From Ramazzottius varieornatus (lineage: Eukaryota > Animalia > Tardigrada): a stretch of 64,000 nt of DNA. The notes under the pieces are model-generated. The model worked only from the letters and a program-made list of their open reading frames with translations, was not told where the DNA came from and did no database searches. The DNA lies in the NCBI GenBank assembly GCA_001949185.1, contig BDGG01000003.1:5205092-5269091 (forward strand). The letters are read 5' to 3'. This document shows positions 9,818 through 22,200 of this stretch, in pieces (position 1 is the stretch's first letter; every line of letters starts with the position of its first letter). The translations under genes were made by a program, and so were the position numbers.

Positions 9818-12746
9818 CTATTGTGCATGTTGTGGGTAGTCAGGGAGAGGATGATCATACTCAAGTAGCTCGCGCTCCTTCTTGCTGATGGCGCGCTGTC
9901 TGAAACACAATAGTCCAGAAGTAATACACGAAGAGCAAAGTAAAGCTATTATCAAAGCAATCAAGAAACCAAAAAGGGCAGTGTTGACACAAGTGGTTGT
10001 CAGGTTGGCAGGATCGGCTTGGGAAAGACGCAGGCGGCTGATGTTGGACGAAGTCAGATCGGAGGGAGAAATGACGCGAATACTGCTAATCAGGGGAACT
10101 TGGCCTTGCACTCGGTTCTCATCTTCCGCCGCTCGACGCTTACGATCAAAGACGGTACGGCGACGTTGTGGTGGACGAGTGACCAGCGGTGGCAGGCGGG
10201 AAACCATGTAGGGAACTTCGGCCGTTTCCACTTCCTCTATTCCGTACTAAAATAAACGTAGGAAAACGGCTGAACTGCATTCAACTTACTTCCTCCAACT
10301 CGCGCATCGTATCAAACAATACACTGTACACATGCGCAACTTGACTGTCTGAACTGAGCTGAGCCAAGTTTCATTAAAAGAATAAGAAGATATTTTTCCT
10401 GGTTCTGTTTTTCTTAATATTCTGAAGTAGTTCTGGCTAGAATTTGCATCAAATTTGGCTTACGCTGTTGATAATTCGGGGTTGTGCCCGGGTGGTAGTT
10501 GTGGTAGTAGTGGTCGTTGTGGTGGTGGTTGTTCTTTTTGGGGTTCTTGGTGGAGTCTGGATTCTCGGAGGTGGGTTGCCGTATCCTTCGTCTTCTGGGA
10601 CGATCAGAGGAGGTGCCGGTCGAGTGGTACGACGCTGAAGCTGACGGCTTTCTTCGGGGACTTGCGGTGCCGGTGGTAGTTCACCGTACCTCAACCCTTG
10701 ACACTGCTTCTGGACGCAACCACCTTTGCATACCGCGATGTTACACTTGATATTCACCTGGAAAGAGAAGCAGACATAACAATCAATCAACCAAGTTCTA
10801 TTCGGTGGTTTCAACCTCGGCAAATAATTTGAACCAGATGGTTATCCCAAGCGGCGCACGCCGCTTGTGTTATCAGCTGAGAGCGTGCGCCAATTGGAAA
10901 ACGCTCCCAAAACTCGACATTCTGACTAATCAAGTGGCGCACGCTTCGAGTGTTACTGGCAAAGAGCGTGCGCCACTTGCAAAACAACCTTGAGACTGGA
11001 CAAGATTGCTTGCTCAAGTGGCGCACGAGTGACACCGGCCAAAAAGTGCGCCACTTGGGAAAGCGATATGGAGCATTCGCCGACATCCCGATTGATCGTG
11101 ACATTTGACATACCGTCATATCATCGGGGAACTTGAAAGCAGTCAAGTAAGCATAGGCAATTTGCGCCGCTGTATTCTGGGTCTCTCTGGTAGTCTGCCA
11201 CGCCGTGATAAGTTTCTCCATCAGCACACAACCGTTCTCATCGGTCAACTGAATCTTGTTCCTGCTTCGACCATCACTGGCGAAGCAGTCCAAGACTTGG
11301 AGTTCCATTGTCAAGTCCTTAGTCTGCAGGTAGATGACGAGGGTGAGGGTGTCGCCAATCTGGACGATGCCTTCGGCAATGACGGGTGCAAAGGGTCCAC
11401 GACCCACTTGAACAGACATGGCCGTCGTCACGTCGTTGCCGTTGAAGTTGACAGCCAGCACATTGCCGGCGTCTACGCGAAAGGGCGTGAAGGTGATAGT
11501 AGAACGAATGCTGCTATTCCAGTTGCAGCGAACCCGCCGAGCCACGTCCGTTTGCTGCTGGTATTGGGCGTCGTTCTGCATGATGATGGTGTTCTCGATG
11601 TACCGAACTGGTGGCGACCTTCAGACAACTCCTCGAGGTTAGATTGATAATTCTATTCTACTTTAGATTGTTTTTCAATGTACTCTTCCATTGATGCCCC
11701 AGGCGAAAAATACTAATCTGGAACTTGCTGGAAATGTAAAAATATATTGGAAGCTCGACAAACAAAGTCGACGAGACTGTTTTCTTCAAGAGCGCATATT
11801 TCTGATGTTATAGACGCAGGCGTGCGCCACTGGGAGTCTGGGACAAACGACATTGCCGGGTTGTCCTAAGTGGCGCACGTCCTCAGTGTTATTTGCTGAA
11901 ACAGTGCGTCACTTGGCAAAACGATCTGATGAAGTTTGTTAGCTTATTTAAAACTAAATAATTTTACGGTTTAAAACTGATTAATTTCGAGTGTTTTCCG
12001 TGAGATTTTTTGGTTGTCCATACTTGGTGTCGTCGTTGCCGCTCTGAGTGCCGCAAGCGTTGATGGGAATGTTGAAGGAGAAGGCGTTTTGGCCCGTACT
12101 TTGCTTGACGAAAATACAGCCTTGGGTGTAGTAGGAGCCTTTGGAGTAGATGATGCCGCTGAAGAAGGAATCAAACTGAACCGTCACTTGCATACCGCTT
12201 GCGTCGCAAGAAGCGTCAAGGATGGTCAGTTGCGGTGTCTTGATTTTGGATTTCGGGAGGGAGTAACTCATACTGTCGGAATCATCAAACTGATCCAGCT
12301 GACCGTAGACACTCTGCAAAAATCCGAGATGAAAATCTAGCCACAGATAACAACGCGCAGAAACCGAAAATAGCACCCGCAAATATTCCAGAATATTACA
12401 ACAATATAACAAAAATTTTCTGAATGTTTTCTGCAAAAAACTCAGGGTAAAAAGCTGGAAACGTATTCCAAAGTACAGAGCAAAGAAACTCGGCTGAATT
12501 TTTCCCAGGTTGCGCGCGGTACCAGCCATTTATACCGTTTACGTGCGCCAGCTGGGAACCAACGAGACTCAATCATATGGTTTCAAGTGGCGCACGTTTC
12601 TATTGCTATTAGCTTGAAGGATGCGCCACCCCGCACAGCAGCTTTTCAACAAGAAAAGGCAGGGTTGCACGTACTTGCAGAGCGAAGATGATGAGTAAGA
12701 GAGTGACATCACGGACTGTCGTCCATATCAGCCGATAACAAGGCAT
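9818..12746 (-). CDS. ZP-domain transmembrane protein (cuticlin/dusky-like), 5 exons
   Basis: Signal-peptide-like first exon, SCDASGMQVTVQFDSFFSGIIYSKG, IENTIIMQND, CFASDG..LTDENGC, AYLTAFKFPD..VNIKCNIAVC, Thr-rich linker, furin-like RKRR, TM helix; all introns GT-AG in phase. Confidence 0.9.
10490..10532 (-). repeat. ACN trinucleotide run encoding poly-Thr linker
   Basis: gtggtagttgtggtagtagtggtcgttgtggtggtggtt on + strand. Confidence 0.8.
10815..11085. repeat. AAGTGGCGCAC foldback element, 3 tandem hairpin units, in ZP-gene intron
   Basis: Units at ~10848-10896, 10931-10979 (caagtggcgcacgct..agcgtgcgccacttg) and 11015-11057. Confidence 0.85.
11750..11945. repeat. AAGTGGCGCAC foldback element, 2 units, in ZP-gene intron
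   Basis: ggaagctcgacaaacaaa arm; aagtggcgcac..gtgcgtcactt. Confidence 0.75.
12485..12650. repeat. AAGTGGCGCAC foldback element, 2 units, in first ZP-gene intron
   Basis: gtgcgccagctggg and caagtggcgcacg..atgcgccac. Confidence 0.7.
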
Positions 12747-14244
12747 TCTTTGGTGGGAGATTGACGGACAGTAATGGTAGAAAGACCTGCAACGCAAACG
12801 TTCTGTAGGTCAACATGCGTAACTCGACAGAGCTTCGGACGGCATTGCCCATGCATCCGGCACAAACGTGAGTGGGGCAAATTAGCGCACTTCAGCTCAT
12901 TTAGAAAAACAAATCGCCCATCTCCGTTGCCTTTCTTCACGTTGAAGACTTTCACAATGGCACCTTATCAGACTAATCCGCCACACGTCCAAATTACAAA
13001 CTGCTACACGAATATGTCAGTGATTATCACGAACACAAAACCAACCCACGGAACAAAAAACTGAGCGCGCGTTGCTCTTTACCGATCAAAATCCGACAGT
13101 GTCCGCTTAAGAAGGTGACCGGGAAAAAAGGGGCGGTAAACATTCCGTGAGGAGCCCAAAAGCTATAATCTACATTGGTTGGGCATTTCTGGTAAATTAG
13201 CTAGAATAAAAGTGCCGTGTACTGCTTTGGCGGAAGCAACTAAAAAAGTGTAGGAGTGGGGCGGGTAATATAGTAAAGAAGGTAAGCGTTTGATACTCGT
13301 ACAGTTATTAGTTCTGCAAAACGCAGTTTTGTCAGGTGGTTTCTCATGGAAGCTAATTGTCCGTCTATGGAGAGCAAAATGGCCAAACATGGCAGTGCAT
13401 ATATGCGACTATTGTCATGCTTGGCCGTTTAACACCACCACACAGACATTACTCACGGCCGATATCTGACAAGATTAATTGCTCGAACCAGATCCACTTC
13501 TATAGGCTCTTCAAACAATTTCACCATCTTCAGTTGGTTTCAAGAAAAAAAACGACTCGAGAAAAGTTTTTCCTGATATTAAATTTTCGAAAAGAAATTG
13601 GTGTACTTTCTGCGTTGAATATCTTCGCGAAAAATTCTGGCGGACGGAAGTACGAGGAAGTCGGATGTTCAGCGACCTGGAAAATTATGAGCACGTATGT
13701 TGTTCAGAAAGAATAATATCGGAACCAAAAGACGTGCATACCATTAAAATTATGTATAGTTTGTTTACTGGCTTTATCGAAACCGAAAGTAGCTGAACCA
13801 GTTGCCCCATCACCCATGGATGTTCGATCAATGGTCATTTTCACAGTCGCTACCTTTACCGGTACCAGTACGAGAGTAACAAACCTTTAAGAAGCCCACT
13901 GTTATCACGTTACGTAACGTCGGTAATCGCATTACGGTGTTGTCACTGCCATTCAACACAGAATAACAGTGAGACCGAGTACCAGGTTGATTTTTGGAAG
14001 GTTGAATCAAACGCCCCGTGCTACATTTCATGGTTCTTCCCCCGGTATCAAACTGCATAAAAAACCCGTTTCTGCTTTCCAACACCCAAACAATTGCGTA
14101 AATTAGCCTACAGAAGCCATTAACTACGCCGGGTAAACACATGTTCCGGAGGTAATTTCTCCTGTTATGTTTTCCCGACAGCAACGTGACAGAAAATTAA
14201 AGACAGACTTCATTACCAACTCAACAAACAAAATAAACTAGCGC

Positions 14245-14435
14245 CTGGGCAAACCATAAGATTGTTGCTCCAAGTAGCACACCCTTTTAGCATTGTTGGC
14301 AGCAAACGGGCGCCTCCTCGGAAAACACTCGAAACTCAACCAGAAGGTTTTCCCAAGCGGCGCACGCCTCCATCCAATAAAACGTCAAACATGCGCCACT
14401 CGAGTAAACATTCTTGTCGCGTTCTAGCCAACAAC
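14245..14435. repeat. AAGTGGCGCAC foldback element, 2 units
   Basis: cccaagcggcgcacg..atgcgccactcg. Confidence 0.7.
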
Positions 14436-16158
14436 AGAACGAACAGAAAACAGCTTGCATCTGACTTCCGCTTCAGCACTCGATGTGCACTGTGTAAAAA
14501 AAAAACAGGAAGAAAATGAAGACTCACTTTGGTTAACTTACACAAAAACCTAGAGGATCTGCAACGAGGAGAATTGCAAATTGGTCCGGTTCGCTCGAAA
14601 CACCGTCGACAAAATCCTGATCAGTGAATTGAAGGTTCCAATGGAGGGGAAATTCAGAAGGGAAAGGTAGAATGCAATATCGGTTCTCCGTTTCAGAAAG
14701 TAATGCCGGTAATAAATGCACCGTAAAGGAAGTCAAGAGAAAAAGAATAACCGTAGTGCTCTTCTCGATCTTCGCATTGACACAGATCTGGTCAACTTGA
14801 AGAAGCGAAAGCGAAACTGTCGCGAGCACCGTGTGGTTCTCTGACTATACCATGCCGTTGAAAGCGACAAAGTGTGCTAACAATATGCCAGCATATACCT
14901 TGTATTAAATACACTTTTCAATAGCAACCGGAATTCTTACGCTGACGTAATCGTCTGAACAAAGAGAGACCGCCTCGGCGCCTTTTGCTTTCCGTTGTAC
15001 GTCTCAAAATAATTAGTCTATACCGTACAAGGGTTGTAAAATCTGTTCGATATCAGTTTAGGTTCCGACAAGCTGACACGAAATCTGATTAAGCTTTTTT
15101 GAACGGAGCTTTTATTACACCAATCAAGAGCGGCAATTCTGCTTGATGGCGGACAGCATGCACGGACATGTGTGGATGCAACCAAGTAGAACGGACAAAT
15201 TTCTTTCGTTCAGTCCTTCAGACACCTTCGTTAAGGTCTTTACATACGCGTGTGGTAACTCAAAGCTTGAAAGCGACCCTCGCAAATTCCTCCAAGGAAT
15301 GGCGCACTGAACGCCGTTCTGGTTCGTCGCGAAGAAGCTGAGAAGTACATGTGAGCCATATGGCACAACAGCTCTTGAAGGCCGTGCAAGTAGCTTCGAA
15401 CTCTCCATTTGATCTGTTTACTCTTGGAAAGAAACTTTTCTCTTGAGACATCTACCTGCATACACATGAAACAGAACTTCACACTCGAATCAGGTATGCA
15501 GGTATTTGTCACCGAAACCAACTTCTGAGACAGAGACCTACATACAGACTCAACGACAAAGAAAGTGGGAAGAGTGTATGCAGGTTGATGTCGTGCACTG
15601 TACTGTTAGTCTGTCGTTTCCATTGGGCGTTTTTTGATTGAAAGGGGATTATTCTGATGTGTGCAGTTATTAATTTAAACAAGACTTATTTCTTCTGACA
15701 CCCGCTTCTATCTGGACTGATTACCTGCTCTCTATGCATCACTCAAACTCACTCTATGACTGAATGGGTAACAATCACCGCAAACTCGAGCTACAAGATC
15801 ACTTTTTCAGTGTGACTAAGAAGGCCATCAACGTCGCCGACTGCGTAAAATGAATGTGCAAGTGGCCACAATTATGCCTTTTCGTGTACGCACCGGCGTT
15901 TTGTTCCAAAAAGGCTCTTGCAGGTGGTACTTGTGTATCACTTTGGAAGTGATACAGAGAACGCGTAAAGACCGCCATGCACATACAAGTAGCGGTAAGT
16001 CACAGTGGGTCCTCATCGTATGACAGTGATTTCCTGTATGAATACTCCCGCGAGTCATATTACGGGTCTTCACAGCTCACTAGGTCCTCGGGACTTACCA
16101 TGTGTGGCTAATACTTGAACATTGTTTGCTGGTGAGGAACGGCGCCGGTAGAGATGCT

Positions 16159-19100
16159 TCATGTCCCTGCAAACTCCATTAGTCGAGTCAGAAGGCCCAC
16201 GTCGCGGTTCTGAACAGCCATGCGGCATTTTGCGAACAAGTCTGCCTTCACACTTCCCACTAGAAAAGAGAAAATAGTAAGATCCTAAAGTCGCACCGAC
16301 GAGCGTTCCCACATCTTTTCTATCACTTGCAAAAATTGAACAATGGTCTCTTAGCGTACTTCATTATCACAAGGGGCAAAAGAACCGAAAATTCGACAAG
16401 CAAATCAAGTGGAAGCTCGGCAAACTAACTCGATCGGATCGTTCTACAAGTAGCTCACGTTGCCGTCTAATCTCAATGAAACATGCGCCCCTTGGTAAAA
16501 CGATCTGATCGGAGTTGCTTGCCGAGCTCCCAAATTATCCGTTTACCAAAGATATTACCAAACATATCCAGTTTTCCATATCATTAGGTAGTTTTGTTGA
16601 GGTTACTACCAAAGACTTACCTCGAAGCCTGGCAGCTTTGTCGATGAGCTGACTGACCAGTTTCAGACCAGTCGTCAATTTCTCATGAGCTTCCATCTGG
16701 ACCCGGAAGTCACCCAGAACGGCCTTGTTCTGGTTCCCCAACTCCAAGAAGCACTTCCTCACTTCTGGCCTGAAACATGACCACTCCGAAGAAAAGACTT
16801 GCGTCAATTTTAAAAGGGAAAAGACAGAAACGATGGTGTACCAGACTTCCAGCATTTTCGTTTCTTCAGCCTTCATCAACATGGCTCGAATGGTCGACCC
16901 ACGGTCCGCAATGTCCGCCACTTGCCTCTGTCGATTCTTCTGGAACTCTTCGACCTACAAAAAACAAAATGACAGACATTTCATCACTGAGATCGAAGCA
17001 ACGACTGCCTACTTGAACGAAGACGTCTTTCAGCGTATCGTAGGCTTTGGGGAAATGCGCCCGCGACGTCAACTGTTTGACCGACATGGACTCCGCGATG
17101 CATTCCACAACATCGCCGGCAGTATCGATACTGTCGGTTCTTACAGTAACCTTTAGAAACAAAACAGTTCAACCACCGGCCAAATCTTAAAGCTCGGAAT
17201 ACATACTGGACAAAAGCGCTGCTCCAAGTGACGCACTCCATCAGCCAATAATACTGAGAACGTGCGCCACTTGAGAAAACAATCAAGCTCGACCCTATCG
17301 GCTTCCAAGTGGCGTACGTTTCCAGCCAATGATACTGAAAGCGTGCGCCAGTTGAGAAAACGATCTCTTGCCGAGTTTGCTTGCCAAAGTCCCGTTTGAA
17401 TTCTCGTTGTACACTTCGGACTGTGGAGCTTACCTCCCCGTCACCAGTCATCTCCAATGAAAGTTTCTCGCCGTCCCGTAACCCGACAAAGGACAGCACG
17501 GCCTTGTTGGGGTCTGTGGAACTCTTGTGGTCGGTCCTCAAGAAAAAGTGATCAGCGGCCCACAGCAAAAACTACAGAGAAAAATGGAGTAGACAAAAGA
17601 TATCATCACTTGCGGGACTGTACGGAACGCTTACCCGGTTGGTGCGTTCTAGGAGCTTAAACGTCACGTAGCCTTCTGGCTGTGTGGGTTGCTGTTCCGT
17701 CAGCTGATAGTACATGGCGAACCTCTTGATTTTGATCAGTTGTCCGTGACAGAAATAGTATTTCCTGCAGAGATAAAACTCCCATTAGTGACGGACGAAC
17801 TAGACAGCTCATTATGTTACCGGTTGGGTTGTCCCGCCATAACTGTGACAAACATCTCCACTGGGGTGTTCTTGGGAATAGACAAGGGAAACTGCGTCAC
17901 GTTGGATAGGAGCCTTTCCGGTGGATGACTGAAAGAAGGGCAGACAGAGAGAAAGCTTAAAGTACGACCGGCATTCAGACATTAGGTCAATAATCCGGAG
18001 CAATACTAAGAAAATGGGAGCTAATGAACAAACATGACAAGATAATTATCGCTCACTCAAGTGGCGCGTACTTTCGGCCAAATAATACTGGGAAGTGCGC
18101 CATTCGGGAAGAACGCTCAAATCAGCGAGATCGTTCTTTTCCAGTGACGCGTCCTTTCAGCGCTCAATACCGTTCACTTGCGCCACTTGAGAAAACTATT
18201 TCTCCCAATTTGTTTGCATTTTCTAAGCGGCGCATGTTTGCAGTGTTCATAACTGGAAGTGTGCGCCACTACTCACAGATACTTACTGGTAGTAACTTTC
18301 TCCAGCAAACACTCCTTCGGCAAAGATGATCACTCCTGGAATCTTGTAGGTTGATACAGTGGTTCGTACGGTAAATTTGAGGCACGGCTGCAACAAAAAT
18401 TTAAAAACTACAGATAACTATGACTTTGGAGAACGGAATCTTATTTTCTGAATGGTAGTTTTTACCTTATCAAATAAGTTCGGAAGACTTTTTAGATCAC
18501 CAACGTCGTCGGTTCTGAGAAAAGCTTGAATTCCTGGAGGGACTAGAGATTTCTGGCCATCGCGGTGACTGTCGCTGCTAGTGAAGTAGTTCGGATCGTT
18601 CATGGATGGTTCTATCTCGACGATCACTTCCACGTCCTCCTGCATGGTCGACCATTCGTAAGCGGCGTCCATTATGAAGTCGCCTTTTTTTGGTCGAACG
18701 TCCAGTCTATCTTGCATCGTGGCTTCCTCGTTCTCGTCTTCCTCTTCGAATATGTTTATCCTGCTCTCACCTTGCTCATCTACCGAGATGAATTCGTTCG
18801 AAGACACGTCCTGAAGAAACGTCACTTCGGAATCTCCGGCGGCTCCGTTCTCCACTGCGAAAGCCTTCACTAAAATTAGATCAATAGTAATTCGAAGACT
18901 GCAGTTCCAAACATCCTGAAATGGGAGGCCGGCAAACAAAACGTAATATCACTTCCAGCTGATATCCCGACAGCGTGCGCCACTCGAAAAAGCAAGCAAC
19001 CTCGTCAAGATCGCTTTTCTGAGTGACGCACCCTCCCAGCTAACAGCACTGGGAACATGCGCCGCTTGAGACAACGATCTTCCACGTTCCGTTTGCCGAC

Positions 19101-21413
19101 CTTCCAGAAAGATCCAGACTGCTCCTTTTCCGACTTTCGGTTGAGGCAAATTTCCATACCGTTGCCTTCCGTCGAACAAACTAAAAGGTAGCTGTTTGCT
19201 CGTGGATCGTGAACTTCCACCACTTGGGCAACAGGATCGTCCATTTGGTACTTGAACATCAGGTTTCCCGTGAAGCGATCCCTCACTTCGAACTACCAAT
19301 ACAAGCCAGAGAGGTCTTCGTGTTAAAATGAGTTGCAGATTTCCATAAAAAGAGCTGTTATGATGTGGGAAATGTGGTACCTTGCCATTGGACCAGCCAC
19401 ACAATATTTCCTGTTCGCCGTTGCCGTTCAAGTCCATGCCGATTAGAGCTGTCGGTACGCTCTTGGACTTGACTCGCCACCGTCGATCATACTGTTCGTA
19501 TACCCCCACTGTGCCATTGGAGAGGCCGTAGACGAAGCTTTGGTCCTTTAGGACAGCTAGCGAGACCACGTTGTCCGTCTCGCTCATGGAGAAGATCTGT
19601 TCGGTCTCGCGAAAGACTCGGATTTGGTGGTCGTCACAACCGGCTACTATCTAACAGCAACGACCCTCTTTGATTGAAACACCCGGAAGTTTTAATGGCA
19701 GTTTGGCCTACCTCGGTTTGACCGTCCTTGTTGATGTCGAAAAGGCACAAGACCGAGACGTTGTCACCGGTCAGCGTCCACAAGGGTTCGTTTCCTTCCT
19801 GGTCGAAACCTTGAAGAGCACTTTGTCCCCCGACGATGGCCAGTGTCTTCTTTATTCTTCCCGTTGTGCCGATGGCAATACTGCTCGCTCCACCAGTAGT
19901 CTGTTAAAAGAAACAGAAGAGTGTTTCAGCATTTTGAAATTTTGACGTTCGCTAGCTGCCCGATACAGCGCCACCAATGGTCACAGTTGCGGTCGCTGAC
20001 CACTGTCCACCAGCACTAGATTAGTTTCACATCTCTTCGATGCTCAGGAGTATATCTGGAAATCGTGGATTTAAGTCTGATAGCCCTGATCATCCCCGTC
20101 GTCACATACCTGCATTTTATTCAACCTCAAGAACCCTATTCCCATAGAAAAGGGAATGAATGTCTCAGCTGACAACCAAGACAATGTGTATCTCCTGGCT
20201 GTAAGTGATCGGAAAGGATGATGAAGCCAGGTACAAATATAGCTTGGGAACTCGGCAAACAAACTCGACAAAACTGCCTTCCCAAGTGGCGCATATATTC
20301 AACGCTATCAGCTGAAAGAATGCCAGCTGGGAAAGCGATCTCGTCGAGTTTGACTGTCTTTCCAAGTGGCGCACGTTCTTGGTGTTACTGGCCGGAAGCA
20401 TGCGCCACTTTCGGAAACCATTTTGTGGAGTTTGTTTGCCGAGTTTCCAGTTGCGAAAATCCTGTCAGTCTGTGCTACTGAAGTATCATAGGTTGTTGTC
20501 GGTCGTAGTGGCATCTACAAGGTTCGATTTTTCAGTAAGAAGGAAGAGACCACCGCCACGTTACCTCTCTTCTGCAGCCATCGAAACTGGCGACCAGCAA
20601 CCGAGGTGCACTCATCAAAGGGAGTCGCGAAGGCATGAACCTCAACGATGGGGACTATGAAGAAATGCAGATTCAGGAGGTGCTGAAGAAGCCTGGAAGC
20701 CTCGCGCAACAGAGTCCGCCGGATTGCCCAGAAAGACATTCACTAACATAAGGTACTAGAGTCCTGAAATCCTGCTTATATAAATTCTAGATGGTTAACC
20801 TGCCCCTTTCAACCTTTAGGATTAAGATGGACTGATGGAGGATATTGGACTTAGTTCACAAGACGTAAAGATGTCTTTGACAGCAATTATGGCTGGCCAA
20901 GTTTGTGACTGTTCTAAATCTTGCATTTCTCTTACTCTACGTAATTCTTCGGAAACCATCGCCGGAGACTTTGGTCCCAATCAAGCCAGATAAACTTGCT
21001 GAACTTACCGGCCTGCGGAAGACTTCCCGGTTAGAAGGCACATCATAGACAATCAGCTCCGTCGGAGTACCGATAAAGAGCAGGTCTGTAGGCGAATCCC
21101 GAGTGAACTTCCCGACGGCCAAGGCGGTAATAGTTTGGTTGATGTTTAAGACCTGAAGACTTTCTTTCGACGGGACGATGCGGGAAGCATAGGTAACCAG
21201 AGTCGGAAGTTTGCTGATGATGACCTACAACAAGGATGAAACTCAACTACGTATTGATCAGGTCAGTTATACATCCCAAACTGCAGTACAGTGTACCTTG
21301 TTGGCCATGTTGGCTGCCGCGATGTACATTTCTCCTTCGGAGAACATGCCACAGACAACCCGGCCAGGGCGGATCGTTTGCTGCAACTGCAGATCGTAGA
21401 CCGCGCGCAGCAT
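16159..21413 (-). CDS. BBS2: Bardet-Biedl syndrome 2 protein (BBSome subunit), multi-exon
   Basis: MLRAVYDLQLQQTIRPGRVVCG..ANK|VIIS; DLLFIGTPTELIVYDV; AIVGGQSALQGFDQEGNEPLWTLTGDNV; FVYGLSNGTVGVY..RWRVKSK; GWSNGK; MADIADRGSTIRAMLMKAEE; AARLR|VGSVKADLFAKCRMAV..*. Confidence 0.92.
16410..16535. repeat. AAGTGGCGCAC foldback element, 1 unit, last BBS2 intron
   Basis: ggaagctcggcaaac..atgcgccccttgg..gcttgccgagctccc. Confidence 0.75.
17190..17395. repeat. AAGTGGCGCAC foldback element, 2 units, BBS2 intron
   Basis: caagtgacgcac..cagccaataatactg..gtgcgccacttg and a second similar unit. Confidence 0.85.
18015..18300. repeat. AAGTGGCGCAC foldback element, 3 units, BBS2 intron
   Basis: caagtggcgcgt..gtgcgccatt; cagtgacgcg..tgcgccacttg; aagcggcgca..gtgcgccact. 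Confidence 0.8.
18925..19105. repeat. AAGTGGCGCAC foldback element, 2 units, BBS2 intron
   Basis: ccggcaaacaaa arm; gtgcgccactc; gagtgacgcac..tgcgccgcttg; tttgccgac arm. Confidence 0.75.
20245..20449. repeat. Best-preserved AAGTGGCGCAC foldback element (29-bp outer inverted arms plus 2 internal hairpins), BBS2 intron 2
   Basis: tgggaactcggcaaacaaactcgacaaaa (20245-20273) versus ttttgtggagtttgtttgccgagtttcca (20421-20449), 27/29 complementary. Confidence 0.9.
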
Positions 21414-22200
21414 TTTGGAAGGTACGGACTTCCGCTGAAATTCAGCGACTGGTTCTCGCTATCCTAACTATCTCAACGAATCGACAGTGATCGAGTGTCC
21501 TGAAACAAAACCGAAGCAAAGGTTTTACAGTGAGCTGCGAAGCAGTGGAAAACATGATCGCTCTGAAAAGGTTCGTTGCAGAAGATCGATGCCAGTGAGT
21601 TCGATTACTTACCTGACAAGGCTGCGAACCTCCCGAACGCCGCAGTAACTCCTTTCACAACTTCCACACTATCATAAGTGTGCGGTTTCTGGTTTACATG
21701 TGCTATATCCAAACATGTGAAGTAGAATCACAACACAGCATCGTGGTTGAAGCCCGAACCTGATCGGTGGGAAGAGAAAATCGATTACTGTTAACGATGA
21801 TGTTCGATTGTTGTTTAGGTGCGCAGATACTCAGTCAGATTCCTGTCACTTTTAAGCGGTACACTACGTCATCGCATAAGCATTCAAAATTGACGCGAAT
21901 CGCCCTGGCGAATCACAGTCACTGACGACATTCGTCAGACACGTGGCCAACTGTGCCACGTCAGGTGAGCAGGACATTCAATAGAGCCGCCGCGCTTCCG
22001 CTTGCGCAATCGCGGGCTTGATTGTTGATTGTCGTATTCCCAATTTCCCATCCATGAATCACGGATGCGGATTCCAATTCTTCACTTTTCTTCCGCTCGT
22101 CCACGACTCCACGTTGACGCTAATATTGTTTTCTTGTAGGTGGTCCAGACAGGAGGCTTTGGACACCCTCCCTCCACGATTCTAGAAATCAGGCCTGAAA

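Noticed and set aside
10815-11085. Foldback arrays as CRISPR, tRNA-SINE or Alu-like (GTGGCGCAC resembles a Pol III A-box)
   Set aside because: No B-box, cloverleaf or poly-A tail; the motif always occurs as inverted pairs
13828-16073. Short minus-strand ORFs with some splice-like signals between the ZP gene and BBS2
   Set aside because: Could be an orphan gene, but I could not build a consistent model or recognise a domain
19820-19835. Possible frameshift in BBS2 at the G/C run
   Set aside because: Recount gives five C, so the frame VGGQSALQGF is intact
20245-20449. Foldback elements as intron-creating introners
   Set aside because: Element ends do not coincide with splice sites; they sit inside introns with unique flanks and also occur intergenically
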